Shown here piece by piece: positions 25,791-40,100 of a DNA stretch of 64,000 bases. Within the stretch, counting starts at the first letter, position 1, and each line of letters begins with the position of its first letter. The notes under the pieces are model-generated. The model worked only from the letters and a program-made list of their open reading frames with translations, did no database searches and had not been told where the DNA came from. Location of the stretch: the NCBI GenBank assembly GCA_028534125.1, contig CM052817.1:15936001-16000000 (forward strand), in the 5' to 3' direction. Origin of the DNA: Lama glama (taxonomy: Eukaryota). The translations under genes were made by a program, and so were the position numbers.

Positions 25791-27944
25791 AGGGCTACTC
25801 TTTTCACCAGCTCAGCCACGCAGACCTCAGTTCTGCAGTGCAGCCTTCTCGTCCCCTCTTCTGTGCACAGACCTTGCAGTGACATCCTGGGAACAATATC
25901 CAGAGAATGAGGTCAGAATATTCAATAGAGGTTCCTGCCGCAGATGGAAGAGAACCGTGAGCAGAGCACGCCCGAGGAGGGGGCCTGGGAATGCACTCAG
26001 AGGGGAAGGAAGCACAACCCGCCCAGTCTCCTGGGTCCCTCCAGCTGGGACGTTACATGACCATCCTGGACCCTCCCCTGAACTTTCCGTGCCAACCTCC
26101 TGTATCACTAGCTCGGTCCTCAGCAGATGCACCGAAGATCTCACAACCACCTTGGGGAAGATAAAAGTTTATTTGAAGCCTGGAGAAAAAAGAGCTCTTT
26201 ATTTAAGGGAAACACAAAGGGTCCTTAGGAGCTTTTTTCTTCTTGGCAGATATTGACTTACAAACCCATCCTACTCCACCGGCTGGAATATATCTATTTC
26301 CAGTCCTGGTACCTCTACCCTATGAATTGCGATTTGATGAAGCCATATGAACAACTAATAATGTCTCAGTGTAAAAGTGCTAGATGTTCTTAGGAAGAGA
26401 AAACATAAAACCTCAACCCATGGTTTATTAAAATCCCTAGGTAAGCGCAGTTTACAAAGCTAAACACCAATGCCTGTAATTCACCTCATGATAACGTTAG
26501 CCACAGAGCATCTGCTATCCCTAGCTGCATTCAGGTCTGGCTGCCCTTCAGAAGTACTGAAGACCCAACTCCTAATGGCTTTTTATATAAAAACAGTCTT
26601 TGATTGACAGAATCTAATCACTGGAAGGGCAGCAAACAAAGCTGGGCAAAGCACAGTTCCCTGTTAGTTTTTTTTTTTTCCCTTGCAACATCTATAAGCA
26701 TCTGATCACACAGTTGTGCAATTATTTGCTAACTGAAGATGTTATTATTCTGTTACTGTCTTAGAAAAATAGTAACCTTTCTTGGCAAAGATAAAACTAT
26801 GTGGGTTCTTTTCCTGCAGTTTATATATCTTAAATCTTAGGCCATTTTTACAGCATCTTTCTTAAGTCTCTCACCATTTATCTTCCCATTTTCAGCAAAG
26901 GCTAGTTTACTTAATACAGGAAGACCTTCACATAACTTTCTGGCATTAATTATTTTGGTGGCACAAACTCCCATGTGAAATATTTGCTGCAATGTGTCCC
27001 GCAGCCTATTAAAAAAAAAAAATACAGTGAAGGAAAAAAAAACAGTAAGGCAACACACTTCTGATGATTATTCACTATGTTGTAAGAATTTTACATAATT
27101 GAGTTTGATCGTAAAGCACAGAGCCTCCCTGGTACAACCTTGCTTTAGTAAACTAAGATAAACATTTTGAAACTGTGTCTGCAAGTAAAGGAAACCAGGA
27201 AGGAAGGTGATGAAGTTTCTAACACCACCTTCATTCTCGGGACAGGGTCTGAGCCTGCTCTTGCTAGAGGTGTCTTCTGGCGACGGTGAGAGGATTATGA
27301 AGCAGAGTGAGTGACATTAAAATAGCAGAGCCCTAAATGAAAACTAAAAGCGGTCCTGAGGAGCCAGTCAGCCTGTTAGGATGACCAGCAGTGAGCTGGG
27401 CACGTTTCAGGGCTGACAGTGCATCGCAAGCTTTTTCCTCCTTGCTCTCTCCTTCTTGTAACTACAAACAACTCTCGGGAAACTTCCATCTTGAGAAGAG
27501 GTGAAGTGGGTAAAACACACACTGAGTCAATATTTTTAAGGGCTAGCTCTGGGTTGAACCTGACTGGAGAGAAACTGACAAGATCTGGGCTTCGGGACAC
27601 AACACTCGAGTCTGTTTTGGAAGCAGCAGCAACCTCCTGCAAACAGACTGTTGCTCCGGTCCAGCCGTGGGGCATTTGTCTGTTCATCACCCCTCTGGCG
27701 GGAATATGCTTGAAGTAAAGTGGCTGCAACTTGTCAATTTACCTTGCTGGTGCATACAAACCCACCTCCACCTCCTCCCTCAATTCCTGCCCTGCCCCTT
27801 CTCCTCCTTAGCAGGTAGAAAAGGCAGAGACCACGCAGATAGACACCCGCCATGGTGCCTGACACATAGTCAGCCCTCAGTAAGAGTTGGGTAGTTGATT
27901 GGCTGGTGGAATAAACAAGTCAAAGAAGACACTGGAAGTCTCTG

Positions 27945-28180
27945 ATGGTTCAGGCGTGGCTGTGGAGTTCGCCAGACTTGAACTCAAATCGTGGTCCCTC
28001 ACCTATCACTCCTGTGTTCTTGCACAAGGCTTTAACCTCTGGAAGTTGTAGTACCTTCACTTACAAAATGGGTATAATCATAATACACACCTCATAAAAC
28101 TGTTGATGAAAAACTCACACATATGTCAACAAGCTATTTATTCTAGTACACGCAACTCAGTGAATATTAACTTTCAAGGC
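27945..28180 (+). mobile_element. MIR SINE
   Basis: ggctgtggag...aactcaaatc...ttaacctctg...aaaatgggtataatcataatac. Confidence 0.7.
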
Positions 28181-28289
28181 AGTTTTGTGTAGGCTATAAG
28201 ATTTAAAGGTGGGAGGAATGCAGAAACACCCTGAAAAATAGAATTTAATGATGCTGCCACCATTTGTTCACTGACTCAGTCCCCATGGC

Positions 28290-28410
28290 TGATCCATCCA
28301 TTTAACAAGCATTTATTAAATGCCTGTCATATCCTTCTTCTGAGAAAGCTACATGGACCCAAACACGATTCCTGCCTTCAGGGAACTTATATTCTAGGAG
28401 GAAGACAGAT
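28290..28410 (-). mobile_element. L2 3' tail
   Basis: catccatttaacaagcatttattaaatgcct...cctgccttcagggaacttatattctag. Confidence 0.75.
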
Positions 28411-31400
28411 TTAGAGAAACACATCAGGAAATTTGTAATGTGTCAGAAAATACCAATGCCCAATAATTATTCATTCATTCATTTAATGTATATGTAATGC
28501 AATGTCTATGATTGCTTTCTATAAGTCACCGGGTGTATATAAAAGTTTTTCTGATTACAGGATAATAATTTTTGATAAATTTGTACCTAAAATATCAACA
28601 AATGGAGAGAGAAAAGAAATGAGAGCTGTCCATACAGCCTCCTCAGAGCAGAACATTTCCCTAAGAAGCAGAGAAGCAATGAAAATTGTGACTAAGGAGC
28701 ATTCCAGGTTGGGGCAGCACCTCCAAATACCAAAATTAAGATCTTGGTTTTAGAATAACAGAGAGTCCCCACGAGTGTTCATTTTCACTTGACATCATAC
28801 GGAAATTCAGAGAACTGCTTAGAACCATCTGTTCCACTATGATAATGAGGGGGAGTGGGTTTCTTTGGGGGCATATGCTGGGATGGATGAAGAGCTGGTG
28901 GCAGAAGCAAGACTGCATAGTTTTAAGAGCAAACAAAAGTGGCCACCATCACCCTGTCTACTATGCCTAAAACTCCAGGCAGCCACCCATTCTTTCTCCT
29001 TTCGACTGTGCAATAAGGTGGCTGGATAATGATAGACTTTAAAGTAGGGTCATCTCCTTTTTCAGAAAGATTGAAACTTCTTATTCCTCCTCTCTGGAGC
29101 TTTTGGGCACACGTATCCAGTGTGGGGACTTTACCATCCGCCATCAGGACATTGGCTTCCCGTGTTAGAGTCTTCATGGAAACAATACAGCACCAATTAT
29201 ACAACCATGGACTCAGGAGCACGTGACTCACACATACACTCACACATGCAAATGCATCCTGGGGACCCTCATTCAGGGAGTTAACAGAGCATTTCGTTCC
29301 CAGGCTGGGAGAGTAAATGAGGCAGTTTAAGGGAAACTGCCAAAGTCCCGTGACTTTCTAGTCCATGGGCTCTGGGACAGTCACCTAGGATCATCTGAAG
29401 GCTGCACAGAAACTGCTCGCTGGTGTCCACAAGGTCCTGGATTTTCCTTCTCCTCAAACTTCTCTGACCCACAGTCACTACAACCAAAGGCAACAACTCC
29501 AGCTCTTTCGTGTTCAGGACCTGAAGACAATCAGCTCAGAGCCTACAAGGGAACAGCAGGAAGAGGACCAACTACCACAAGCTGTGGCAGCAGCTTCCAG
29601 TGGAACCTGTGGCAACCTTTCCCGTGTGTGCACAAGCGTTGCTGCTTTAAGGACAACTGGTATCAGGGGCAACGTCTAATTTATTCTGGAGGTTACTGGT
29701 TTGCGAAGGTACGGGAAAGCTGCCAACTCACCTGAACTGCAGTGATGAGTAATAACAAGGGTTATAATTTACATCCACATTCCGTTTTTAAGTTAATGAA
29801 GTATCTAACATGCAGTCCAGGCAAAGGCTTTTTTTGTGCACACAACCTCCTGCTCCCTAAAATAGGAATCTGGGTTTCAATCACACCTTTCACACTCAGA
29901 GGAACACTTACAATATTCACCAAGAAAATAGTGATTGAGCAACTCTTCCTGAGACGGAGCTGTCATCATGTGCTTTGAGGCTTAGAAAGCAGGGACTATT
30001 TTCGTGAGGAGAGTCCAGAGTGGTTAAAGCAAAAATTGCTCATATATGGAAAAGTGAGCCTTTGAGGGGACAAAAGTCTGTTGTGAACCAGCCAATCTCA
30101 TCAGGCAACCAGAGAGGTGGTCATTTCTAGGTGAGGATGATGCTTTGAGGAACCTATTTAGTCAAGAAGGATAGCTCAGTTCCAAATGGTTGACCTGAAC
30201 TTATTACACTCTTGACCCATTAATCGGACTAAACATCGGATTTCTGCTGTTCACTCTTAGCACCCCCTCCACAGAAAGCATCTCCCTGGACTTCTACATT
30301 GGGAAAATTCTATGGCCATTGTCAGCCCATCTGGATTGGACTCTCCTCCCTGCCCCAGGTTCTTGACAGCCTGCCTGGTGCTGCTCAGCTCTTCTGCTCT
30401 GAAGCTGTGCTTCGTGACTCTTTCAAGGTCTGGATCACTTGTCTTGAACTCAGGCCTCGCTGACTGCTTCAACTCCAAAGCCCACTATTGTCCCTAAATC
30501 TGGTAAAATATCCAAAAGGAGAGCCTACCAAAACCTTATGAAATCTTTACTCATTCAGAAGGCCAGATGGCAAGGAAGACTAATGAATGGGACATTATTT
30601 TGGAAAATACATATGTTTTTGGTATCTTCAAAATACCCAGGGAGTCCCACTGGACTATCCATGCATTCATTTGCAGCCTTCCTTTGGAACCTTGTTTTAA
30701 TGAATGGGAAACAATGTTCTGTGATTAAACAGTTTGTTCTTCCCACGTTTTTGTTTTCACAGATGCAATCACACAATTAATCTTATTAGGAAACCCTTTT
30801 AATGGGTCGCTCATTGGTGAGAGTCATTCACTCAGGCTGCAACTGTATTTGAGCACCAAATACAGGCAAAACTCTGAGTGAGGGACTGTGCATGCAACAC
30901 AGAAGACAGTGATGGCTTCTGCTCCAGCAGAATTTACATTCCAGACTCTCACCAATTCTAAATTAGCAGAGTATTAGTTAATTTTTATTCTGCCATGCCT
31001 TGGGTAGTATAAAATTTTCCTGAAAGTATACCCTGTTTCAGTCCAAGTTCAAGGTGTGCTGAAAAATCAATAAATTCATCATCACCACATACTCTTTTTC
31101 TTCTTCCAAATTCCATCATCCAAGTCTAGTTCAAACACCACTTCTCAGATGTCTTCCTTCCCCCTAGAAACAGTTTGTCTCCTATCCTCTTCTCGTCCAT
31201 CAATTTGTACTCATGGTTGCACTGTCTATCCAAAGTTCATGAATGATCATCTTTGCATGCTTGCTGTTCTAATAGACTGTAATCTCACTGAGGCACAGTT
31301 CAACCTCCTAGGATGGTCCTCTCCAGAGCTCCAGAGCATAAAACTGTAGACAATGACTTAAGAGACCAGAGTCAATGTTCTCAAGGATCCCCTCACTATC

Positions 31401-32132
31401 CTGTGAATTCTGTCCTCACCCTTCCACACATGCAGTTGTCATTCTCATTCCTGCTAGAGCAAGTTCAATAAACGATTAATTTTTGGCAAAAGGAAATGCA
31501 ATCATTGAACATGTCCCATGCCTGGACATTTAGTCAGTCAATTCGTACCTAAGAAAGTCACAGTTGTGAAGCACTGCTAGGGTGCCAAGAATTAATTACC
31601 CCCAAATAAGTTCTTGGGGAGGAACCAAGTTTCCCTCATCAACATTCAAGGCAGATGCTACCACACAAAGGGAAAGAGGAAGGGAGAGCCCAGAAGTCTG
31701 AACAGGAAAGAGCACTTAAAAAGAGAGCAGGGAAATAAAAGAAATATACTATAGTAGCCACACGCCTTTTTCTACACACGATGCTGTAGGATGACATTTC
31801 TGCAGGGGAATATTCCAAGACTCCATTCCTAGTATCAAGTGTCTGATGTTTCTTAATCTGGACAAGCTAAATATTTTTTTTTTCCTGAAAAGAGAATTTC
31901 TCCCTGCTGCAGTAACAGAATGAATAAATAAGAATAAAGCCAAGTTCACAGCCATGGGTGCAAAATCACCAGCTGAAGCCAGAGGGAACACGAAGGTCTC
32001 TCTGAGCCAAGACCCCTTCTTTGGTTTCATTCATGGAAGGAGGTGGACGAAGCAAGATGCTGAAGGCACAGATGCCAGCAGGTAATAGGTGTGGTCAGAC
32101 CAATGATCTAAGCATGAAGATCTCTTTATGTT

Positions 32133-32717
32133 TGTATTCATTTTCTATTGTTACATAACCAATTACTAAAACTTCAGTGGCTTAAAATAGCACACATTGG
32201 GCACATCTTAGCTGGGTCCTCTGCTCAGGGTCTTACAAGGCTGCAGCCAAGGTGTTGACCAGGCTATGTCCTCATCTGGAGCTCAACGTCCTCTTCCAAA
32301 CTGAATCAGCTTGTTGGCAGCCTTCATTTCCTTAGGGATTGTAAGACTGAAACTCTGAGTTCCTAGCGGGTCATTCCCCTCCATAGGCAGTTCATAATAT
32401 GGCTGGTTGCCTCCTCACAGCCATGACACAGGGTATCTGTCTCTTTAGGAAGGACTCAGCCTTCTTTTAAAGTCTCTCACTAACTAAGTCAGACCCACCC
32501 AGAATGATCCCTTTTTTGATTCATTCAAAATCAACTTATTTGTGACCTTAATTACAACTGGAAAATCCTTTCACCTTTGCCTTGTAATGTAACCTCATCA
32601 CAAAAGTGACATAGCATATGCACAAGTCCTGACCACACTCGAGGGGATAGGATTATACAGGGCACATACACCAGGGAGCAGAAATCTTGGGGCCATCATG
32701 AAATTCTGACTACTACA
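32133..32717 (-). mobile_element. MaLR solo LTR (MLT1E-like), full length
   Basis: tgtatt...cagtggcttaaaa...ctctgctcagggtctta...cccacccagaatgatccc...ttggggccatcatgaaattctgactactaca. TG..CA ends and a 5-bp TSD atgtt/gtgtt. Confidence 0.88.
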
Positions 32718-34769
32718 GTGTTGCAATTCTCTTTCGACATGTCCAGCTCCTGGTCATTTCTCGAGCATGGAAGGAAAACAGGAGAAAAGTGATAAGGAAG
32801 GGAGGCAGGGATCTATTCTGTGGTCAGAATTACTGGACTGAACCATACAAAGTCACCAATAGCTCATCATTGTTTTGGCCAACAGAAATAGTCTACAGCA
32901 GACATGAGACACATACGTGTGTATGTATATGCTTATATGTACATATACACACACAGGCATAATCAGATCTAGGCATAGGTATAGATGCTCTAGACACAGA
33001 GAGATCGAGACAGAGATGGAATCAGTCTTTTTTCATAAAGGGGAGTCTTCCAAACCACTCAGTGTCTGGGTTACCCATGAAAACTCTTTCCAGTCTGGTG
33101 CATATTATGTGTATTCAAGATTTCAGTGGTTTTATGGGTAGAATAGTTATTATTTACTGTCCATTTTAACAGATTTTCTCCATCATCTTCACATTCATTT
33201 TTGCAGCCACCATGGAGTCTCAAGGAGAGAAGAGACAAGAGACAAGTCATTCCAAATCAGGCTCTCGCTTCTAGATAAAGCTTTCTTCATGATTGCCTAG
33301 ATCTTCAACGAGGCAGAGCTGTTCTCAGTTCAGGGTGGCAGATGTGTGTCTGTGTGTGCGTGAATGTGGTGTCCGCATGTGTGCATACACTCGGGAGACT
33401 CTGGAAGGAAATGCCTCCGAAGTACTTGTCGCTTCTGACAGATGAACTAAGTCAGGTCCAACAGGCAAGCCATACGACTCATACAAAGCTGCGATGAGAA
33501 AGCCTTGCTCAAAGCAGGAAAACAAAGCACAACTAAACTCATGCTCATTTTGTAAGACATCATAAATGAACTCAGAGTAAATATCTTAGGTTCAACGCCA
33601 AGAGTTCCTGAAAAAGGTGAGATGCGCATTTGTGGACAAACCCGGTGGCATGAACTGTTTGCAGGCTGGTAAGACCTGCACGAAAGTGTGATCGTGTATA
33701 CTTTTGGCGGATAAAACCACTGTCAACAGAGTGGTACCACAGACTGTGATGTTTGCAGTATGAATAGGACATTATGAACCCCAAATATCAGAATTCCATC
33801 ACTCATTTAAGCAGGAAGACAGTTTATAAATGTTTTGAAAAATCAGAAACCATTATTGGAGATCAATGCTGTTGGAAGCATGACTTAGAATAAAAATCAC
33901 CAATACCTGGGACCATTTCAGGGGCTCATGGTAAGTGAAAACTGAACCTTTACTGAAAAGCTGGGTTACTGTGTCACGTGATGGGAATTAGGAAGAAACA
34001 GAAAAAGGCAACACTTTACTTAAATAAATGTTTGAACTAAACAACTAAATCTAACTCCAGTTTTCTTGTGATTTTATGTATGACCAAAAGCAAGTTGTTT
34101 CTCTCCTCTCTGTCTCAACTTCACAAACATATAACAAGTCTTCATTCATTTAACAAACATCTACTGAACGCAAAGCATAGGCTGGACATTGGTGTACTCC
34201 TGGTATATTCAGGGAGATCAGCCATGCCAGAAGCGGAAACACCAGGGAAAGTTATCAGACACTTGTGGGGAAAAAGGAAAACACAGATACGACCCCATGA
34301 CAGACCCGTTCCAAATCCCAGAAGAACCGTGAATATACTGTGCTATTGAATGCTAGACATGCACCAATAGAGTTTTAAAGTCCTTTCAACTTCTGTTACT
34401 GTTCAAATTATGGTAAAATGTATTTAAGTTCATTGTATGATGCCTAAATTAAAAAAAAAAGAATAACAATATGAAAAATACCAGAGAACAAGTGATACTA
34501 ATGAATCTAAATGGTGATTGACTCAGCTATCAGTGGCCTCAAACAACATTACAAGCTGTCCCTAACTGTCTTCTTATCAACTTCTCTGTATTGAGTCCAG
34601 CCTATACAGAAGCTGAGGAGTCATCTGAGGGATAACTAAAGCTAGCCCCTTTTATTGGTCCAGCCATTGCAACTAGAATTCCTGACGTTCACACTTCTTT
34701 TAGGAGAAGAGAAAGGGGTTTCTGAGAGAGGAAAGTATGGGAACAGGAAGGAAGAGAACAGGAGTGGCA

Positions 34770-35048
34770 AAGTCACATGACTCCAGAGATCGGGGCAGGA
34801 ACAGAGATGAATGAAAACCCCAAAGGATGGGGAAAGACTGTGATGTATTGGAGGATGTAAGCTGTTCCCTCTCCACCTCAGCTCACTGGTGCCATGTGGT
34901 GAGGTACCCAAGGTGGTCAAAGCTTCTGATGTTGTTTAAGAAGATAGAAATTTTCATATAAAATCTTAAAGCCCTGGCAACCAAATAAAAAAATTTTGAA
35001 CAGCATTTGGATCAAAGAAAACAAGCAGGTAGCCAGTTGTGACATCTG
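34770..35048 (+). mobile_element. MER102-like hAT-Charlie element
   Basis: ctcagctcactggtgccatgtgg...tggcaaccaaat...ccagttgtgacatctg. Confidence 0.6.
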
Positions 35049-36669
35049 CTAGTAGACCATGAAACACTGACACCTGCATCTCCTAATACTACGCACAAAA
35101 TTACAATAACATACAATTCCTGACGGCTAAGAGGCCTCGGAGGAAATGAACGACGAGGGTAAATTCTGTTGGGGAAGCTAAGATCTCCATGGTAGGAGAT
35201 GGGGTCGGAAGAGTGGAGAGGGTTCTGTACACAAAAAAATAAAAATGGTGGTCACCAGAATGCAGAAAAGAAAGGCAGATAAGCAGAGATAGAAAGAGAC
35301 AGCTAGCACAGAAAGAGAGGGAGAGAGAGGATGGGGATGTGGCGGAAGAGGGAGGAAGGAGCTGGGGGACAGGAGGAGAGGCAGAGAGAGAGAATGCACC
35401 AGCACACAGGAACCAGGGAAGAAAGGAAAGAAGGCAGAAGTGGCCATTTCAGGAAAATAAATATAATTCCTCTAAATTTTCACGTAGAACTGCCTTGCCA
35501 GCAAAATAATTGACAAAGTTTTACTGACAATGCCATAAGTTTTTATAACATTCAGCAGACGTTATGATGTTCAAATTTTGGGTTGTCTTAAAGTTGAGTG
35601 GGACCCCCCCCCAGAAGAAAACTCATTATTCCTGGAATTAAATGCTCAACAGATAGAAACAATATTTGAGATATGATGATTTTGAGAAAAATATAATTTT
35701 TCCCTTGCAAAAACTCAGAGTTAAATGGATAAAATAATCATAAATACTCTTTAACCCTTTGGAGAAAAACAAGGAGGGTAATAAGCATCAGGGTTCAATC
35801 TTATATGTGAACACATATGTTCCCATCTCAAAAAACAGACATTCAGCCGGAGCCCTGAACTCTAAGGGTCAAGTTGTAGCATCATAAAAATGATGAACCT
35901 CCGTTCATGAAAATAATTTTTGATTTATGAGGAAAATTAAGAAACTTGGCCCACCCCTGAGGTATGAATATAAACGGATATTTATAGCAATCATGCACTC
36001 CTTCCAAACATTATTTCAATTTTTACAAAATCCATTGGGATTTAGATCCAACTATTTCAATAAAGACTTGATATGAAACTCTTCTCAGTTCTCCTTTTTT
36101 TCTCTCTGAACAAGTAACATTTTCCTTCCTCTTTATTTTTTTCTTTTTTAACAAGAGTCAGTAAAAGTGTTTAAAATGTCACAAGTTACTTTTTCAAATC
36201 TCTATCCAGATAAGTCATATTTTGAAAACGACAACTAGTCTCTCCGCAGGTAGCAATTTTAGAAAGTTTTATAGCTTATCCAATTTAGTTCAGAGGCTGG
36301 ATGGGTGAGGGCTTGGATGGGGGGTGCAAATAATGCCTTATGCTGCCCATAAATGCCAGTCAACCCCAGTCAGTAGCACAGGTCTCCATCTTTCAAATGT
36401 CAGTAAGTCTTCTGTTAAAAAAAATATGTGGGGCCGGGTGACTGTGTAGTTCTCATACTCGTGATCTCATTTTCAAATGTTCCTGATCTTTCATCCCTTG
36501 CTTATGTTTTCTGACGGAGTGACATAACCACCAGCCCACGCAAGCTCACAGCCTGAAATCTCTGAGAAAGTCATACTGACACTGTGACTTTTTTTTTTTA
36601 ACCACTAAAGAACATAGTCCCCAATGGGGAGCCTTACTCCATTTTTAAGTTTTCTTTTTTCCGGTCAAA

Positions 36670-37460
36670 ACTAGACTTAAATCAAGAATAGCATGTGAAT
36701 ATTATTTTAAAAAACTCAGATAAGCAAAAAATAATTAACTCATTAAAACAAAAAATTCTATTCCATCACCCAGAGATACACTTTAGACATATTTTTGGTG
36801 TGTGGAGATATATTTATGTTTTTACTGTTTGAACAAACAACAGGATGATACTAGTTTACAACCTAACGTTTTACTTAAATTATTGTGACTACTGTTCTAT
36901 CAAGAAATATCAACCACATGGCTCTTAACAGCCAAGTAATAAAAACAGCTACTGTATTTATTTGCCATAATATATTTAGTCAACCTCATTTTTCACTATT
37001 ATAAACAATGCTGTGAGGAACATCTTTCCAACTAAACCTTTGTACATGTTCCTACTTACGTCTTAGGCTAGATTCCTAACAAGAACAGCCACAACAATAA
37101 AAAATGATAATATATACGAGGACTTACTTCATACCAGGCTCTAACTAAACACTTTTCATGCATCATCTCATTTAATCGTTGTACCAATCCTGTGCTTTAT
37201 AGGTTAGAAAACTGAGTTATGATGAGGCTAAGCAATTTGTCTCAGGAAATGGTGTTACCAGATCTCCCAGATCTGGTTGAACCCCAATCCCTTTTTATTA
37301 CCCTCCCACAGCCACCCTAAGCGTGAAGTTTTCAGCTCAAACAATATTCATGGTTCAAAGCACTTTGATGAGGCTTTCCAAATAGTTCTCCAGTTATACC
37401 AATGTCAATTGTCTGTATGGAGTCAAGAGAAAGGTCTTCCTGGCTCCCCAAGCCTCTCCA
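36670..37460 (-). mobile_element. Ancient L1ME 3' fragment interrupted by a MIR (about 37085-37310)
   Basis: ccatcacccagagata...ctattataaacaatgctgtgaggaacatct...ggctagattccta; L1 resumes after the MIR with ttccaaatagttctccag. Confidence 0.72.
37085..37310 (-). mobile_element. MIR SINE
   Basis: catctcatttaatc...agaaaactgag...gaggctaagcaatttgtc. Confidence 0.75.
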
Positions 37461-39369
37461 GAAACACTACCAACACAGCCACTTAAACACTGCTTGCAAG
37501 TTAGCTTTAACACCTTAGAAAATGGTGCTATAAAAGTAAGCAAAAGACATGGGACTCCAATTGAACATAAAAGTTGTTGCAGATATTGTTTCTTGACAAA
37601 CAGCTTCTCCAAACCACATAAATTGTCCAAAACGTCTTAAACCTTTGCTCCACATCACCCCCATAGGACTGCAACGGGAATACCGCCAAGGAACTACAGG
37701 CTAATTGAAAAATCATTCACTTGAGATGCAGTAAGGATCATGCTCCATTTCTACGGATGTATATAGAAACTAGAAACACGTGGATTCCTCCCTGAATGGA
37801 GCAACTGGCTAATCAGCAAACTCAGAGGGAAATGATCGCTTTTTCCTCCCCTGCCTTGCTGCATTTGCATTTAATAATTCATGAGAGGTGCCAACAACAA
37901 CAACAACAAAAACAGAACAACAACAACAAAACCCCTCGCAGGGGAGATCGGCATCCAAACTCCTTCCACCCCTGAGTCCTAGCTGCTCCTCTTTCAAAGA
38001 AAAACTGAAAAAACGTAACATTGACGGGGTGGGAAGCCAGTCTACCACCCAAGAGCCGATGTTTCTAAAACCCACTGTTCAGAGATCATTTTCATGGTTT
38101 TCCATTAACAGGACTAAGTAAACGCTTTCCTAAATAATCCTGTCAATTGTTTAAAAAAAATACATTTATTTTTGGAAGAGAGGCTCAATACGGTACTGGC
38201 AGGGGATTATATCGATCCTCATTTTGGAGGCTTCTTTTCCCCCTGCTTTTTTGGAGGGACAATTAATATTGACTGTACCTATCATTAATTTTCCTCAGTC
38301 AGCAGGGGCTTTTAGGTTTTATAAGTATAATATCAATACAGACTGTCCCAGAAGCCCTTATTTATTTTAGGTTTTCCTCCTGCATTCGATGCTCTCTCTA
38401 CCCCCACAAGAAAATACTTCACAGGGCTAAGGCAACTGGCTACTGGAGAAAGTCGCTCCGATGGTTGTAAGGAGACGGGTTCTCATTATCTTTCCTGAGG
38501 GATTGGGCTGTGGGAGTGAAATGCTGTGATTTCACAGTTTCCTGGCCCTAGGGGGTGGGGAGCCGTGCTGAGAGTAGAGATAGGACAGGTGGGGGTGGGA
38601 GAGGAGGGGTGTCAGCACCTCCTTTCTCTTCTGCATCCCAGAGCTCAATTTCTGATATCCCTTATCTCCTCCAAGCCCCCCGGGAGCACGTGGGCACCTA
38701 GACAGGTACGTATTTTCCTCCCCGTGGGGACCGTCAACACTTTAGGTGGAGTTTGATTCTGTGTTCTCTCTCTGTTCTTTCAGAAATGCTCTTTCAAGAA
38801 TCCCTATGGAAACACCCACAAAGTGTTGACTGACAAAAGCTAAACTGTGGTCTCCATGGCTCTGCTCGGGCCATGTCGCCAGGTCACTGTTCCTGCCATC
38901 AGTGGTCAGTCTAAGAGCTCTGAGTCTGCAAGAACATGAATGACTCCCAGTCAAGAACCCAGGCTTCCCTGCAAAGACCTGCATTGTTATTAAGGCATCA
39001 GAGCCCTTCATAATCTTTGAGATGCCACCTGGGAGGGTTGGCTTAGACAGGCTCCTAGGCCGTAGGAGGTGGGCAGGGTTCCCCTCATCTGTCCCTCTGG
39101 CGCCTTTCAGGCACACAAGAAATTGCAGAGTCTGCCGGCAGGGCAGCTCCCTCCCGAGGGACACAGATCATCCACTTCCAAAGGCCTCCCTCCTCACCCA
39201 GGAACACCCCTCGTCTGGCATCCTGTGCTCTCTCAGACAGGCTTACACTGGATGAGGTCACACAGGTCTTCCAAAGCCATGGCTCGGAAGCACACAGGTC
39301 CCTTGCCAGCCCTTCTCCTGTATGGATATTCTAACTATGAGGCTTTCCTTCCTTCCTCAGGGATGTATT

Positions 39370-40100
39370 GAGAGCTGACTTCCTGCCAGGTGCTAAGCTG
39401 CACACCAGAGATGCCTGTTCTGCCTTCCAGCAGCTCATCGTCCAGGAGGAAGTGGGAGGGATGGGGAGGTGGGGAAACATCACAAAATTGGTGATAAGTC
39501 TAGTGTTAGGAATGAGAGCAACATGTACATACTTGTTTCCATTAGAAGAGCAGGCTGCTCTGCTATTTACAAGCTGGGTTACCTTGGGAAAGTTTCTAAA
39601 CTTCTCTGTGCCACAGCTTCATCACCTCAAAAGTGAAGGTAATAATAGTATTTACCTTCAAGGATGGTTCGGAGGATTAAACCAGCTAACCCATGAGAGT
39701 GCTGGGCTCAGTGGCTGGTCCTTGGTCAGCATCTTGAGTGATAGCTGCCATTAGAATTAGCACTTCCTGACTCAGTTCACGGAGGACTGAGACCAGAAGG
39801 TAGGAACCCATGAAAATGGGGCCCCCATCCCAGAATGGAGAGGAGTGATCAGAGAAGACTTTACAGGGTAGATGATGCAAGAGCTCTGTCTGCAAGAAAG
39901 GTCGTTTAGTTGTGCGGTGTGGCCAGGGCAGGGTGATGGGGAGAGTTGCGACTGGAGAGGTAGGGAGTGGCCAGTGCTAGGGGTGAACATATCCTCAGGG
40001 CAACAGGGAGGGACTGGATCACTTTCAGGCAGGATAGGGATGGGGAAATGATGGGCTGTGCAGATGTGTGAGAAGGCGCCTGGAGGAGAGGGCAGGGTGG
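39370..40100 (-). mobile_element. L2 fragment interrupted by a plus-strand MIR
   Basis: tgccaggtgctaagc...ctgccttccagcagctca; continues gatcagagaagacttt...ggtgaacatatcctcagggcaacaggg. Confidence 0.6.
39545..39755 (+). mobile_element. MIR SINE
   Basis: tttacaagctgggttaccttgggaaagtttctaaacttctctgtgccacag...aataatagtatttacct. Confidence 0.85.

Noticed and set aside
28370..28400. L2-derived miRNA of the miR-28/151/708 type
   Set aside because: The homologous L2 segment is present, but there is no adjacent inverted L2 arm to form a hairpin.
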